The translations under genes were made by a program, and so were the position numbers. The notes beneath the pieces are model-generated. The model made no database searches and had not been told where the DNA came from. It saw nothing but the letters and a program-made list of their open reading frames with translations. This document shows positions 35,137 through 46,628 of a stretch of DNA of 64,000 nt, in pieces. Position 1 is the first letter of the stretch. Every line of letters starts with the position of its first letter. The stretch is taken from contig CALWNU010000037.1 in assembly GCA_944382905.1 (NCBI GenBank), forward strand, positions 24,392 to 88,391, given 5' to 3'. The DNA comes from an uncultured Clostridia bacterium (lineage in GTDB: Bacteria; Bacillota; Clostridia; Oscillospirales; Ruminococcaceae).

Positions 35137-35772
35137 TCACCGGCGCCGGTCTTTGGAGACCACGATCACCAAAATCCCCTCTTGCACCGTGACGCGGGCA
35201 GATTCCGCCAAAATCTCGTTGCTCAAACCCAAAGGGAACCAGTTGGTCAGCCTCGCCTGCTGCAGCGGGTATTTGACCCCTTCCAAACTCACGCCGTCAC
35301 ACACTTCCGTATAGGAAAAAACCGAAAGATAATACCCGTTGATCCTGGGCAGCACCACCGTATCGTTTTGCAGCATGGTGATCATATTGTCTCGGTCCGC
35401 TATCAGAACAAATGCGCCATGGGCCAACCCGTAAGCGATGGTCTGCAAATTGGCCAGCGTATGGTCAAAGCGGCCGCCGGTCGCCCCCAGCAGGACAAAA
35501 TCCCGGTACCCCCGCGCCAGCCCTTCCTTCACCGCCAGCATCATATCCGAATCATCTTTTTCCGGCCGGCAGGTCAACGCCGGGATCCCCTGCGGAAACC
35601 CTTCCGAATAAGAATCCTGGTCCCCGATCAGCAAATCCGGCCGAATCCCCGCCTGCCTGGCATGGGAAAACCCTCCGTCGGCACAGATGATAAAATCCTG
35701 CTCGCGCCAGGAAAAATCCTGCAAAAACTTCTGATCCAGCTCTCCGGCGCCGATCACCACGCAACGTCCCAT
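35137..35772 (-). CDS. thiN: thiamine diphosphokinase
   Basis: VVIGAGE...........ICADGG........GI.PDLLIGD.DS..........KD.SD..LA......G......LGATGGR.DHTLAN is the TPK pattern. ATG 35772 is preceded by GAGGAGGG. Confidence 0.85.
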   Translation of the reverse strand: MGRCVVIGAGELDQKFLQDFSWREQDFIICADGGFSHARQAGIRPDLLIGDQDSYSEGFPQGIPALTCRPEKDDSDMMLAVKEGLARGYRDFVLLGATGGRFDHTLANLQTIAYGLAHGAFVLIADRDNMITMLQNDTVVLPRINGYYLSVFSYTEVCDGVSLEGVKYPLQQARLTNWFPLGLSNEILAESARVTVQEGILVIVVSKDRRR

Positions 35773-35785
35773 CGGTTTTCCCTCC

Positions 35786-36667
35786 TCACTGTCTGGCTTC
35801 CCATTCTTTGATCTGCTTGGCCTCTTCATACAACCTGCAATAGCTCTCATGGCGGGAGGCGGAAATCTCCCCCTTCGCCACCGCTTCCAAAACCGCGCAC
35901 CCCTTCTCCTTGGTGTGGGAACAGCCGGTAAAGCGGCATTGATCCAAATAAGGGTCAAATTCCCGGAAGCAATATTGCAGTTGGTCTTTCAAGATCGTTT
36001 CATACCGCTCCAAATCCATGGAAGAAAATCCGGGGGTATCGGCGATATAGCCGCCGCCTTCCACCGGGTACAGCTGGACGTGGCGCGTGGTATGGCGCCC
36101 TCTCCCCAGCTTGCGGCTGGTCTGCGCCGTGGACAGATCGAGGCGTTGGTCGATCCGGTTGAGCAGGCTGGATTTGCCCACGCCGGAATTGCCGCAAAAC
36201 GCGCTGATTTTCCCCTGCATCGCCTGTTGCAGCGGTTTTAAATCACTATCCTGCTCCCAGCCGGTGCAGAATACCTGGAATCCTGCCTTTCGATAAAGCC
36301 CTGCCAACGTTTCCCAGTCCCCCAAATCCGTTTTGGTAATCACCAGCACAGGTTCGATCTTTTTATACTCGGCAATTGCGATCAGTTGATCCAATACCAA
36401 CAGGTTGGGTTTGGGGTCTAAGATGGAAATCACCAAAAACAGCTGATCCAAATTGGCCAGCGGCGGACGGGTCAGGCTGTTTTTCCGCGCCAGAATCCGG
36501 GTGACATACCCTGTCTGGCTTCCGGTTTCTTCTATTTCCACCCAATCCCCCACCAAAGGAACCATGCCGTTTTTTCGGAACAACCCTCTGGCCCTGCATT
36601 CATACAGGATACCATCGGACCAAACGTAATAAAATCCACCGGTCGCCTTTAGAATTCTCCCCTGCAA
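35786..36667 (-). CDS. rsgA: ribosome small-subunit-dependent GTPase A
   Basis: GRILKATGGFYYV OB-fold N-terminus, VITKTDL, GNSGVGKSSLLN P-loop, C-terminal CRFTGCSH..EKGCAV zinc motif. TTG 36667 after GGAGAGGAG is preferred over ATG 36721 (uncertain). Confidence 0.9.
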   Translation of the reverse strand: MQGRILKATGGFYYVWSDGILYECRARGLFRKNGMVPLVGDWVEIEETGSQTGYVTRILARKNSLTRPPLANLDQLFLVISILDPKPNLLVLDQLIAIAEYKKIEPVLVITKTDLGDWETLAGLYRKAGFQVFCTGWEQDSDLKPLQQAMQGKISAFCGNSGVGKSSLLNRIDQRLDLSTAQTSRKLGRGRHTTRHVQLYPVEGGGYIADTPGFSSMDLERYETILKDQLQYCFREFDPYLDQCRFTGCSHTKEKGCAVLEAVAKGEISASRHESYCRLYEEAKQIKEWEARQ

Positions 36668-36738
36668 AAAACTCCTCTCCTTCTGCCGAAAACTTCTGAA
36701 GTCAGCCAAAAGGCTTCCCATCCGGGAAGCCTTTTTCC

Positions 36739-38724
36739 TTATTCAAATTCCTGTGAATAATCGGCATCCACTTCGTGGACCCCTTCGTCAAAATCGACGA
36801 TATATTCCATATACAGCTCATCATCAATATAAATCTTGACCCTTCCGATCCCTTCGCCGGAGAAGGAAGGCTTCCAGGTCGTGGTATTTTTCGGGTTGAT
36901 GGTCTCTCGGCGCACCTCCATGTCGTCCAACGTAGCGGAAACCGTTACCTCCTGATCCATGGAAGACGGCATGGGAACGGAAATGGTCAAACGAGAAATG
37001 ACCGTATCGCCCTGGCTGACCGTCAAGTTCACGAAAGAACCGGTGGCCACCATGTCGCCGTTGGCGGGATCCTGGTCAATGACCGTCCCATACGGCTCAT
37101 CACTGGTTTCGTCCAGTTCCACCGTACCCACCTTCAGCCCATAGCTCTCCAAGACCCGTTTGGCGTCGTCCACATTGATCCCCGTCACATCCGGGACCTG
37201 TTTCATAATGGTTTGGGCGCCCAGGCTGACATAAACGGTTACCACCGTGCCTGCCTTCACTTCGCTGCCTTTGGTCGGATCGGTTTTGATCACGTATCCG
37301 CTGGCGATGGAGGGATGGTTGATCCTGGATTCGGTGTATTCCAGCCCCAGATTTTTCAGTTCTGCAAACACCTGAGTCGCTTCCTGGTTGGAAAAATCAG
37401 GGATTGTGATCTTTTGCGCGCCGCTGGAGACTTTGATCTTTACCTCCGACCCCTTTTTCACCGTCTTGGGATATTTGGGCTTTTGCTCGCAGATCACCCC
37501 TTTTTCATACTCGTCGCTGTAAACGGTTTCCTCCACAACGATCTTAAAATCCGAATATTTGCTGGAATTGAGCACACTTTCATACTGGATTCCAACAAAA
37601 TTGGGCAGTTCCACCTCGTCTACCGCAACAAACGGATTGTTAAAATAAAACATCAGGAAAATGAACAGGCAGGTCACCAGCACAAAGGCAGCGGAAATCC
37701 CGCCCAACATGGCAAGATACGGCGTCTTCACGACGACCTCCACATCCTCCTCCTGGACTTCCGGCTGTTTTTTCTTTCTTGTATTTTTTTTGCCTTTCCC
37801 CAAAGAGGACCCTTTCTCTGCCTGCGCCTGTTTTTTCATCGCCAGCTGCGCTTCTTCTTCCTCAGCAGAAAGGTACTTATAGGCGAATGCCACCGATGGG
37901 TTGCGCTTGAACGCATCAATATCCCGCAGCATCTCCGCCGCCGACTGGTAGCGTTTGGCCGGATCCTTCTGCATCGCCTTGATGGTGATCTGCTCCAGCC
38001 CTTCGGGAATGGAGGGGTTGAGCTCCCGGGGACGCTTGGGCTTGGACTGGATCTGCTGGATTGCCACCGAAACCGCAGAATCCGCTGTAAACGGCAGCTG
38101 CCCTGTGAGCATTTCGAACAGCATGACGCCTACCGAATACAAATCTGTCTTTTCGTCCGTCTGTTCGCCCCGGGCCTGTTCTGGGCTGATATAATGCACC
38201 GAGCCAATGGCTTTGTCCGTAATGGTGGCCATTTGGCTGCGGGCAAAGCGGGCGATGCCAAAATCCATCACTTTGATGGTACCGTCCTGGAGCAGCATGA
38301 TATTCTGCGGCTTAATATCCCGGTGTACGATCCCTTTGTCATGAGCATGCTGCAGCGCCCGCAGGATCTGGACAGTGAAATGGACCGCTTCTTTCCAGCG
38401 GATGATCTTCTGCTGGTCGATATAATCTTTGAGGGTGATCCCGTCGATATATTCCATGACGATTGACTGCATTTTCTCCGAAAAGCTGACGTCGTAAACC
38501 TTGACAATATTCGGATGATTCAACGCCGCAATGGCCTTGGATTCATTTTTGAACCGGCGGACAAACTCTTCGTTGGAAGCGTATTCTTCCCGCAAAATCT
38601 TCACCGCGACCAGACGCCCGTCAATGACGTCGCGCGCTTTATAGACGTTCGCCATGCCGCCCACGCCGATGAGCTGCAAAATCTCATACCGGCCGTCCAG
38701 CTTCTTTCCTATCAAATTATCCAT
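36739..38724 (-). CDS. prkC: Ser/Thr protein kinase PrkC with PASTA repeats
   Basis: GxGGMAxVYKA, HRDIKPQN, DFGIAR, one TM segment, then repeated PASTA-like modules. Confidence 0.9.
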   Translation of the reverse strand: MDNLIGKKLDGRYEILQLIGVGGMANVYKARDVIDGRLVAVKILREEYASNEEFVRRFKNESKAIAALNHPNIVKVYDVSFSEKMQSIVMEYIDGITLKDYIDQQKIIRWKEAVHFTVQILRALQHAHDKGIVHRDIKPQNIMLLQDGTIKVMDFGIARFARSQMATITDKAIGSVHYISPEQARGEQTDEKTDLYSVGVMLFEMLTGQLPFTADSAVSVAIQQIQSKPKRPRELNPSIPEGLEQITIKAMQKDPAKRYQSAAEMLRDIDAFKRNPSVAFAYKYLSAEEEEAQLAMKKQAQAEKGSSLGKGKKNTRKKKQPEVQEEDVEVVVKTPYLAMLGGISAAFVLVTCLFIFLMFYFNNPFVAVDEVELPNFVGIQYESVLNSSKYSDFKIVVEETVYSDEYEKGVICEQKPKYPKTVKKGSEVKIKVSSGAQKITIPDFSNQEATQVFAELKNLGLEYTESRINHPSIASGYVIKTDPTKGSEVKAGTVVTVYVSLGAQTIMKQVPDVTGINVDDAKRVLESYGLKVGTVELDETSDEPYGTVIDQDPANGDMVATGSFVNLTVSQGDTVISRLTISVPMPSSMDQEVTVSATLDDMEVRRETINPKNTTTWKPSFSGEGIGRVKIYIDDELYMEYIVDFDEGVHEVDADYSQEFE

Positions 38725-38759
38725 CGTCTGCCTCCTGGTCTTGCAATTCTGGGCAAGAT

Positions 38760-39491
38760 CTATCTTGCAATCAGCACTGCTGTAATATTATCCGCGCCGC
38801 CCATGGCATTGGCCTGACGGATCAGCCCGTCCGCCGCCGCAACCGGATCCTTCCCCCAAATCGCCTGGAACAGGTCCTCCTGATCCAGGTAGTTGGAAAG
38901 CCCGTCAGAGCAAAGAAGGACCGTAGCCGATTCCGGCATTTCTTCCTCCAGATAATCCACATCCAGCTGCCCGCTGACGCCGAGCGCACGGGTAATATAA
39001 TGCTTTTCCGGATGATATTGCGCTTCTTCCGCAGACAATTCGCCCCGGTCCACCATCAGCTGGACCATGCTGTGATCCCTGGTCAGCTGACGCGCTCCCT
39101 GTTGGTCAATCAAATACGCCCGGCTGTCTCCGGCATACGCAATATGTACCGTCGATTCCCGAACGACCGCAAGGACCACCGTGGTACCCATTCCCTTGAG
39201 CGAATCGTCCTTCTGCGCCATGGAAAACACCTGGGCGTTGGCGCCGGCAACCGCGGAAATCATCAAATGCTTTAAGGAATTCTCGCCAAACCCATCCCGG
39301 TACCCATCTTCCATGGTTTTCCGGATTTGTTCCACCGCATGGAAACTCGCAATATGGCCGCCGTTTTCTCCGCCCATTCCGTCGCAGACGACCGCATAAA
39401 CCACATCAGGCGAAAGCTTTGCAACAAAAAAACTGTCCTCGTTGCCGTTGCGCTTTTTCCCGACGTCGCTTTTTCCTGCAATCCTCAGCAT
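38760..39491 (-). CDS. stp: PP2C-family Ser/Thr phosphatase (Stp/PrpC)
   Basis: G.SDVGKKR..NEDSF, CDGMGG, LCSDGLS, GGADNIT. Confidence 0.9.
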   Translation of the reverse strand: MLRIAGKSDVGKKRNGNEDSFFVAKLSPDVVYAVVCDGMGGENGGHIASFHAVEQIRKTMEDGYRDGFGENSLKHLMISAVAGANAQVFSMAQKDDSLKGMGTTVVLAVVRESTVHIAYAGDSRAYLIDQQGARQLTRDHSMVQLMVDRGELSAEEAQYHPEKHYITRALGVSGQLDVDYLEEEMPESATVLLCSDGLSNYLDQEDLFQAIWGKDPVAAADGLIRQANAMGGADNITAVLIAR

Positions 39492-40528
39492 GCTCTTCCT
39501 CCTTTGTCATCCCTTCTCAGCTGTCCGCAAGCAGCGTTGATATCGCTGCCCAGCTCCCGGCGCACGGTGGCGTTCACGTGGTTTTGCTCCAGAATCTGCT
39601 GGAACCTCCTGACCCGGTCCCGGGAACTTCTGCGGTAATCCCGCTCTTTCACCGGGTTGACGGGAATCAGGTTCACGTGGGCGCCCATGCCCTTGAGTTT
39701 TTGGCAAAGCTGCTGCGCGCATGCAGGGGTATCGTTTACCCCTTCAATCAGCGCATATTCAAAAGAGATCCGCCGTCCAGTCTGCCGAAAATACTCCCGG
39801 CAGGCCTTCAGCAGTTCATCCATGGGATACTTCTGATTCACCGGCATCGTCTGCGACCGGATTTCATCGTTCGGCGCATGCAGTGAGATGGACAAGGTCA
39901 GCTGCAGCTTTTTTTCCATCAGCCGGTAGATGCCGTCCACCAGTCCGCAGGTGGAAAGGGAGACATGCCGCAAACTCAAATGCATTCCACCTTCTGCGGA
40001 AAGGATTTCCAAAAAATCCATGACATTCTCAAAATTGTCCAGCGGCTCTCCGATTCCCATCAAGACCACCGAAGAAATTTTTTGGCCGCTGTCCTTGCCG
40101 GCCCGGTACACCTCATCCAGCATTTCGGCAGGCGTCAGGCATCGCTCCAACCCCAGTAGGGTCGACGCGCAAAACCGGCATCCCATCCGGCAGCCCACCT
40201 GGGTGGAAATGCAAAGGCTGTACCCATGCTGGTACTGCATCAGCACGCTTTCCACCGTTTCGCCGTCTTCCAATTCGTACAGGTATTTGATGGTGCCGTC
40301 GATTTGCGAAACCAGCTTCCGCCGGACGGACACCCCGGGGATCCGGCAGGTTTCCGCCAGCGTCTTACGCATCTCTGCCGGCAGATTGGTCATCTGGTCA
40401 AAGGAATCCACCTGTTTTTGATGCAGCCATTGGAACAGCTGGCCAGCGCGAAAGGATTTCCATCCCTGCTGGGCGCAAAACGCCTCCAATTTTGGCAATG
40501 TCATCGATTTGATATCCACCTTTTCCAT
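39485..40528 (-). CDS. rlmN: 23S rRNA (adenine2503-C2)-methyltransferase, radical SAM
   Basis: FRAGQLFQWL, CISTQVGCRMGCRFCAST, GIGEPL, SLHA, EYALI.GVND. Confidence 0.95.
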   Translation of the reverse strand: MEKVDIKSMTLPKLEAFCAQQGWKSFRAGQLFQWLHQKQVDSFDQMTNLPAEMRKTLAETCRIPGVSVRRKLVSQIDGTIKYLYELEDGETVESVLMQYQHGYSLCISTQVGCRMGCRFCASTLLGLERCLTPAEMLDEVYRAGKDSGQKISSVVLMGIGEPLDNFENVMDFLEILSAEGGMHLSLRHVSLSTCGLVDGIYRLMEKKLQLTLSISLHAPNDEIRSQTMPVNQKYPMDELLKACREYFRQTGRRISFEYALIEGVNDTPACAQQLCQKLKGMGAHVNLIPVNPVKERDYRRSSRDRVRRFQQILEQNHVNATVRRELGSDINAACGQLRRDDKGGRAC

Positions 40529-40558
40529 CGACCCTGCCCCCTTTTTGTCCCGTTACAA

Positions 40559-41908
40559 TCAACCCTGCCGGGAAAATAATGCAAAGAAAAAACCGTCCGT
40601 CCCGTTCCGGTGCGGCATGAGCGTCGCCATCCCGCCTTCCTGGCCGCCCAAAAAACGGCGAACCTGCGCCGGGAATTGTCCCGGCACAAAATCTGGATGT
40701 TCTTTGAGAAAACGGCTGGCAAGATCCTCATTTTCACGCCGGTTCAGCGTACAGGTCGAATACAGCAAAAGGCCGCCCTTCTTCACATATTGTGCGGCAG
40801 TTTCCAAAATTTTATACTGGATTGGGGGCAGCTGCGCCAAAGCATCCAGCGGCTTATACCGGATTTCCGGCTTTCTGCGGATGATCCCCAACCCGGAACA
40901 GGGAACGTCGCACAGCACCCGGTCAAACTGGCCCAGTTCCGGCCGAAATACCGAGGCGTCCGCCGTCACCGCCCGGATACTGTGAAGCCTTAAGCGGGCC
41001 GCCCCTTGGCGGATCAGCGATACCTTCGATTCATGCAAATCCCCGCTCACGACTTCGCCCTGATCCGCCATCTGCTGCGCCAGGGTAAATGTCTTCCCCC
41101 CCGGCGCGGCACAGCAATCCAGCGCCCGCATGCCGGGCTCGGCGCCCAGCGCCGCCGCGCATACCTGGCTGGCTAGATCCTGAATATGAAACAGCCCCTG
41201 GGCAAAGGCCGGAATCTTCTCCAAATCGCCTGTTTGGGACAACACGATACAGTCTGCAAAATCCGGATGTTCTCGCGCTTCCACCCCTTCTTCTCCGAGC
41301 CGGCGGCACAAAGAGGCCGCGTCAGTCCGGCAGGAATTGACCCGCGCAAACAACGGCGCGCGTCCCGTCAGCCCCCGCAGCATCTCTTCCAGATTCTCGT
41401 CGGGATACTGGTTTTGCCACAGCTTCACCAAATCCCGCGGCACCGAATACGCCAACGACAGCCATCCCACAGGGTCTTTCTCCCGGTCCGGCAGGCGGAT
41501 TTCTCCTTTGTCCCGCAAAAACGCACGCAACACGCCGTTGACAAACCCTGCAGCGGATTTTTTCCCCATCCGCTTGGCCAGTTCCACCGATTCATTGACA
41601 GCAGCAGACGCCGGCACGCTGTCCAAATAGACGATCTGGTAAATGCCTAGGCGCAAAAGCTGCCGGATCAGCGCATCCATCTTTCGCAAAGGCATGGACG
41701 CATAGCGGGAAATGGCAGAATCCAGCGTGAGTTTTTTCTCCAACACGCCGTAAAACAGCACGCTGGCAAAAGCCCGGTCCCGATCCGTCAAAGACCGCTC
41801 GGACTGGAGCAAATGATCCAGGATAATATGAGAATACCCGTCGGCAGTTTCCATCCGCAACAAGGCTTCCGCCACAATTTGTCTGCTATTTTTCAATCCT
41901 GTCACCAA
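40559..41908 (-). CDS. rsmB: 16S rRNA (cytosine967-C5)-methyltransferase
   Basis: NusB-like N-domain, DCCAAPGGKT SAM site, DVPCSGLG, YSTCT. Confidence 0.9.
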   Translation of the reverse strand: MVTGLKNSRQIVAEALLRMETADGYSHIILDHLLQSERSLTDRDRAFASVLFYGVLEKKLTLDSAISRYASMPLRKMDALIRQLLRLGIYQIVYLDSVPASAAVNESVELAKRMGKKSAAGFVNGVLRAFLRDKGEIRLPDREKDPVGWLSLAYSVPRDLVKLWQNQYPDENLEEMLRGLTGRAPLFARVNSCRTDAASLCRRLGEEGVEAREHPDFADCIVLSQTGDLEKIPAFAQGLFHIQDLASQVCAAALGAEPGMRALDCCAAPGGKTFTLAQQMADQGEVVSGDLHESKVSLIRQGAARLRLHSIRAVTADASVFRPELGQFDRVLCDVPCSGLGIIRRKPEIRYKPLDALAQLPPIQYKILETAAQYVKKGGLLLYSTCTLNRRENEDLASRFLKEHPDFVPGQFPAQVRRFLGGQEGGMATLMPHRNGTDGFFFALFSRQG

Positions 41909-41920
41909 TATCCTTCTACC

Positions 41921-42619
41921 CTAGTCGTCCCGACGCCTGCCGCCGAAAATCAAAATCAGCCGCAGCAACTGCGCCAATGCCGTCAGCAATGCCGCCACAT
42001 AGGTCATGGCCGCCGCCCGCAGCACCTTCCGCGCGCCGGTCAGTTCTTCTCCCGCCAGCATCTCCGACTGTTCCAGCACCTTCATCGCCCGGGAGCTTGC
42101 GTTGAATTCTACCGGCAGCGTCACCAGCTGGAACAGCGCCGCCGTGGCATAAAATAGAATCCCTGCGAAAACAAGCGGCTGGAACTGGAAAACGAATCCC
42201 AGCAAAATCAGCGGGATCGCCAGTTGGGACCCGATCTGCGTCACCGGGATGATAGCGGTCCGGATTTTGATGGGCACATAGCCCGTCGCATGCTGCACCG
42301 CATGTCCCGCTTCGTGGGCCGCAACCCCTACCGCCGCCACCGAGGCGGAACCATATACCGAATCCGAAAGCCGGATGACTTCGTCTTTCGGATCGTAATG
42401 ATCGGTCAAATTGCCGGCAATGCGCTCAATCCGCACATGGTACAACCCGTTGCTGTCTAAAATCATCCGGGCCGCATCCGCGCCGGTATATCCGCGCTGA
42501 TTATAAACGGCAGAATACCGCTTGAAGTTGGTCGATACCATCATCTGCGCCCACAAGGCCAGTAAAATAGCCGGGACGACTAAAATCCAGTAATAAGGAT
42601 CAAACAGATTCCAGAACAT
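41921..42619 (-). CDS. membrane zinc metallopeptidase (Zn_peptidase_2 family)
   Basis: HEAGHAVQH motif, flanking TM segments, ~230 aa. ATG 42619 is preceded by AAAGGAAG. Confidence 0.8.
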   Translation of the reverse strand: MFWNLFDPYYWILVVPAILLALWAQMMVSTNFKRYSAVYNQRGYTGADAARMILDSNGLYHVRIERIAGNLTDHYDPKDEVIRLSDSVYGSASVAAVGVAAHEAGHAVQHATGYVPIKIRTAIIPVTQIGSQLAIPLILLGFVFQFQPLVFAGILFYATAALFQLVTLPVEFNASSRAMKVLEQSEMLAGEELTGARKVLRAAAMTYVAALLTALAQLLRLILIFGGRRRDD

Positions 42620-42713
42620 AGGCACGCTTCCTTTTTCCAAATTTCCTCATCGGATCGCTTCTTTTCCTAATGGGAAGTCGGCAAACCTAGTGATATTGTA
42701 CCCGGAAATTGTG

Positions 42714-43649
42714 TCATTCCGATGGGCAGGATGTAAATTTTTTCCCAGGCCCGTCTTTTCTGCCCCGGAGAAAGTCTTCCCCCCGCATCCGTTTGCCGCC
42801 TTCCGGCTGCACTTCCAGCAGTTCCAAAGATCCTGCCGCGCAGCCGACAATCAAGCGTTTTCCAGCCTGGATCACCCCCGGCTCTCCAGCCTGATCCGGC
42901 AGCAAAACCGCTTTGTGGATTTTCACCATCTTCCCATCCAAATAGGCATAGGCGCTCGGCCAGGGAGACACGCCGCGGATCTGATCCATCAATTCTTTGG
43001 CCGGACGGGAAAAATCCAGCGCCCCGTCCGATTTTTTTAACATCGGCGCATAACTTGCCAACCGTTCGTCCTGCACGGTGCGGACGGCTTTGCCCTCTTC
43101 CAACAGGGTCAGCGTATGCAGCAACAACTCGGCGCCCAACTGGGCCAGCCGATCCATCAGTTCTCCCGCTGTCTCCTCCGGGCCGATGGCGGTCTGCGCC
43201 TGTTCCAAAATATCTCCGGTGTCCAGCCCTTCTCCCATCAGCATCGTGGTCACGCCAGTGACCGTTTCCCCGCGGATTATGCTCCACTGCACCGGCCCCG
43301 CGCCCCGATACCGGGGCAGCAAAGAGGCGTGGACATTGACGCAACCCAGCTTTGGCAGCTCCAGGATTTCTTTGGGCAGGATCCTGCCATACGCCGCGAC
43401 GACAATCACGTCCGGCTGCAGCTGCCGCAAAATTTCCAGCGCCGTGCCGTCCCGCATTTTCACCGGCTGGTACACAGGTACCCCGCGGGACTCTGCCAGT
43501 TCCTTCACCGGCGGCGGAACCAATTTGTAACCGCGCCCTTTGGGCCGGTCTGGCTGGGAAAAGACCCCCACCACCTGATGGGCGCTGTCCAACAACGCCT
43601 GCAACGTGGGCACAGCAAAATCCGGCGTTCCCATATAAACAATACGCAA
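42714..43649 (-). CDS. fmt: methionyl-tRNA formyltransferase
   Basis: MRIVYMGTPDFAVP.L, NVHASLLPRYRGAGP. Confidence 0.95.
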   Translation of the reverse strand: MRIVYMGTPDFAVPTLQALLDSAHQVVGVFSQPDRPKGRGYKLVPPPVKELAESRGVPVYQPVKMRDGTALEILRQLQPDVIVVAAYGRILPKEILELPKLGCVNVHASLLPRYRGAGPVQWSIIRGETVTGVTTMLMGEGLDTGDILEQAQTAIGPEETAGELMDRLAQLGAELLLHTLTLLEEGKAVRTVQDERLASYAPMLKKSDGALDFSRPAKELMDQIRGVSPWPSAYAYLDGKMVKIHKAVLLPDQAGEPGVIQAGKRLIVGCAAGSLELLEVQPEGGKRMRGEDFLRGRKDGPGKKFTSCPSE

Positions 43650-43672
43650 TGTTCTTCACCAACTTATAACGA

Positions 43673-44146
43673 TTATTTCCAATTCCCATCTTCATCCTGA
43701 TGCAGCATCCGGATGGCGATATCTTTGAACAAACGGCCGTCTAAATGGTCGCACTCATGGCAAATTGCCCGGGCCAGCAGGTGATCCCCCTCCAGCACGA
43801 ACTCTTTGCCGTGACGGTCCAGCGCTTTTACCGCGACCTTTTCCGGCCGCCGCACCAGCGCATATTCGCCTGGGCTGGACAAGCATCCTTCCGCCTCTTC
43901 CAGAGCGCCGGCCTGCGCAATGATTTCCGGGTTAATCAGCTCATACAGCTGGTCGCCGCAGTCAATCACCACAACCCGGCGCAGTACCCCCACCTGAGGC
44001 GCCGCCAGGCCAACGCCGTTGCCTTCATACATCGTCTGGGCCATGTCATCCAACAAGACCGCCAGCCGTTCGTCAAACTTTTCCACCGGCCGGCATACCT
44101 TGCGCAGGCATTCGTCCCCTTCTTTTACGATTTCCCGAATTGCCAT
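43673..44146 (-). CDS. def: peptide deformylase
   Basis: [22 protein letters not shown] 44146 is preceded by GGAGGAATGG. Confidence 0.95.
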   Translation of the reverse strand: MAIREIVKEGDECLRKVCRPVEKFDERLAVLLDDMAQTMYEGNGVGLAAPQVGVLRRVVVIDCGDQLYELINPEIIAQAGALEEAEGCLSSPGEYALVRRPEKVAVKALDRHGKEFVLEGDHLLARAICHECDHLDGRLFKDIAIRMLHQDEDGNWK

Positions 44147-44159
44147 TGTCCATTCCTCC

Positions 44160-46583
44160 TTACATCGATCCGTCGTAATACAGATCTCCAAACACAAAGA
44201 CCTGCTTGTTTTGCGGATCCTTGCCGGACTGGACCAGCAATTCTGCGATCATCCGGCGAAAATCCGCGGTATTTTTGCATTTGATCAGTATTTTATAGCG
44301 GTATTTCCCGCTGACTTTTACTACCATGCTGGCGGTGGGGCCCAATACCCGCAGCGGCAGTGCCGGATACTTTTTCTTGGCCGTCTGCTTCAGTTGCTGC
44401 AAAAACCGCCGCGCCGCGCCAATCACCTGGGACTCTACCGGACCGGAAAAACCGATGGCGCAGATACTGCAAAAAGGTGGATAAAGCATCACCTTGCGCC
44501 CTAAAATCTCTTCCCGGAAAAAAGCCTCGTAATCCTGGCAGGCCGCCTGCCAAATGACTTTATTGTCCGGGACAAAGGTCTGGATCATGGCGCGTCCATG
44601 TTTTTCTCCCCGCCCGCTGCGGCCGATCACCTGGGTAATCAGGCTAAAGGTCCGCTCCTGGCATTTGAAATCATCGCCGAACAGCGATGCATCAGCCGAT
44701 ACGACGCCTACCAGGGTCACCTGCGGGAAATTGAGTCCCTTGGCCACCATCTGCGTCCCCACCATGATATCGTATTCCCCATTGGCAAATGCTTGGAACT
44801 TTTCGCTGTGGGCGTTTTTGCTCATGGTCGTGTCCGCATCCATCCGCAATACCCGTGCTTCGGGAAGCAGGGTATGGAGTTCCTCTTCCAATTTTTGGGT
44901 ACCTACCCCCTGGTAGTGCAAATAGGTCCCGCCGCAGACCGGGCACCGCTCTTCAATCGGCCTGGAATATCCGCAATAATGGCACATCAGCCGGCCGTTG
45001 GCCGCATGGTAGGTCATGGCAATGCTGCAATTGGGACAGGACGCCGCCGTATTGCAGCCGGTGCAAATGGCTTTGGTATGGTATCCCCGCCGGTTTAACA
45101 GCAGGATAGTCTGCTCCCGGCGGCGCAAATTTTCCTTCATTTCTTCCAGCAGCGGGCGGCTGATCTGGGAATCATTCCCATCCCACAGTTCCTGCCCCAT
45201 GTCCACCACTTCCACATTGGGCAGCAAGGCGCCGCCGTAGCGCTTTTCCAGCCGGACCAGGCGGTAAATCCCTTTTTTGGCGTAATAATAGCTCTCCACC
45301 GAAGGGGTCGCCGACGCCAGCACCAGCAGGCAATGGTTTTGCGCGCTGCGGAACCGGGCGACGTCGCGGGCGTGGAACCGTGGGCTCCCTTCTGATTTAT
45401 AGGTATGCTCTTGTTCTTCATCTATGACGATCAGCCCCAAATGGGAAAACGGGGCAAAAATCGCCGACCGGGTCCCAACGGCAATGGATACCTGCCCGGA
45501 CCGGATTTTTTTCCACTGGTCCATCCGCTCCCCCAGCGAAAGGCCGCTGTGCTGAATGGCCACCTGGTCGCCAAAATAGGCGGTAAAGGCGGCGATTGCC
45601 TGCGGAGTCAGGGAAATTTCCGGCACCAGGACAATCGCCTGTTTCCCCTGTTCGATTGCCCGGGAAATCAATTGCAAATAGACCTGGGTCTTTCCGCTGC
45701 CCGTCACGCCGTATAACAGCGCGGTAGTCGCCTGTCCTGTTTCATACTCTTCCAGCAGCATGTCATACGCTTTTTGCTGCTCCGGGGTCAGCGCCGGGGG
45801 CGCTTTCTTTTCCTGGCCGGACGGCGGAGCCTGAGGCAAAACTTCCGCGTCGTAATAATAAAGCAGCTGTTTTTGCTGCAACGCGCGGAACACCGCTTCG
45901 GTAACCCCGGTAAAATAAATCGTCTCCTTGACCGACGCTGTTTCCACCGTCTGCAAAAAGGAAATGACTTCTTTTTGCTTGGGCGTCAGCCGAATTCCTT
46001 CCATGCCCTCTTCCGGCAAGGATAGCGCCAGCATTCGCACCGTTTCGTCCTTGATCCGGCGCTTGGCCAATTCCTCCCGGACCAGGATCCCCTTCAGGGC
46101 CATTTTCGTCAATATCGGGTTTTGCGCCGACAATCCCAAAACACCCAGCAGCTTTTCTTCCCGCACCATTCCTTTGCGCTGTTCCAAATAGGAAACCAGG
46201 ATCCGCTCATCCGGCTCCAAGAATTCCGCCTGTCCATCCCACTGGGGCGACAGGCCATAAGCGTACTGCAGCCGGTATCCGATGCCGCCCGGCAAAATGG
46301 CCTTGACCGCGTCAAAATAAGAACAGAACGTCGTCTCCTTCAAAAAGGAAACCAGCCGGAGCATCTCCTCCGACAAGACCGGCTCCTGATCCAGCAAAGC
46401 GATCACCGGCTTGAGCTTTTCCAGGCTTTCCACCTGTTCTTTGCCCAGCACAATCCCCTGCCGCTTGCGATTGCCGCCGCCAAACGGCACCAGCACCCGC
46501 ATCCCCGGCCGCAAAACGGCGGCAAATTCAACCGGGACCGCATAGCTATACAGTTTATCAAAATGATATGCCGCTTTGTCCAC
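44160..46583 (-). CDS. priA: primosomal protein N' (replication restart helicase)
   Basis: GVTGSGKT Walker A, VIDEEQE (DExx) box, Cys-rich zinc insertion (CTGC..CPNC..CHYC..CPVC). The start is uncertain (see finding). Confidence 0.9.
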   Translation of the reverse strand: MDKAAYHFDKLYSYAVPVEFAAVLRPGMRVLVPFGGGNRKRQGIVLGKEQVESLEKLKPVIALLDQEPVLSEEMLRLVSFLKETTFCSYFDAVKAILPGGIGYRLQYAYGLSPQWDGQAEFLEPDERILVSYLEQRKGMVREEKLLGVLGLSAQNPILTKMALKGILVREELAKRRIKDETVRMLALSLPEEGMEGIRLTPKQKEVISFLQTVETASVKETIYFTGVTEAVFRALQQKQLLYYYDAEVLPQAPPSGQEKKAPPALTPEQQKAYDMLLEEYETGQATTALLYGVTGSGKTQVYLQLISRAIEQGKQAIVLVPEISLTPQAIAAFTAYFGDQVAIQHSGLSLGERMDQWKKIRSGQVSIAVGTRSAIFAPFSHLGLIVIDEEQEHTYKSEGSPRFHARDVARFRSAQNHCLLVLASATPSVESYYYAKKGIYRLVRLEKRYGGALLPNVEVVDMGQELWDGNDSQISRPLLEEMKENLRRREQTILLLNRRGYHTKAICTGCNTAASCPNCSIAMTYHAANGRLMCHYCGYSRPIEERCPVCGGTYLHYQGVGTQKLEEELHTLLPEARVLRMDADTTMSKNAHSEKFQAFANGEYDIMVGTQMVAKGLNFPQVTLVGVVSADASLFGDDFKCQERTFSLITQVIGRSGRGEKHGRAMIQTFVPDNKVIWQAACQDYEAFFREEILGRKVMLYPPFCSICAIGFSGPVESQVIGAARRFLQQLKQTAKKKYPALPLRVLGPTASMVVKVSGKYRYKILIKCKNTADFRRMIAELLVQSGKDPQNKQVFVFGDLYYDGSM

Positions 46584-46628
46584 TGCTACGCGGGCTGCCT
46601 CATAGGGTAAAATAGGGATCCTCTCCTT

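Noticed and set aside
36775-38466. 563-aa plus-strand ORF
   Set aside because: It is antisense to prkC (kinase and PASTA motifs are on the minus strand), so it is a shadow ORF.
42667-43695. 342-aa minus-strand ORF overlapping fmt in another frame
   Set aside because: The fmt frame (42714-43649) carries the formyltransferase motifs. The alternative frame is Gly/Arg/Ala low-complexity.
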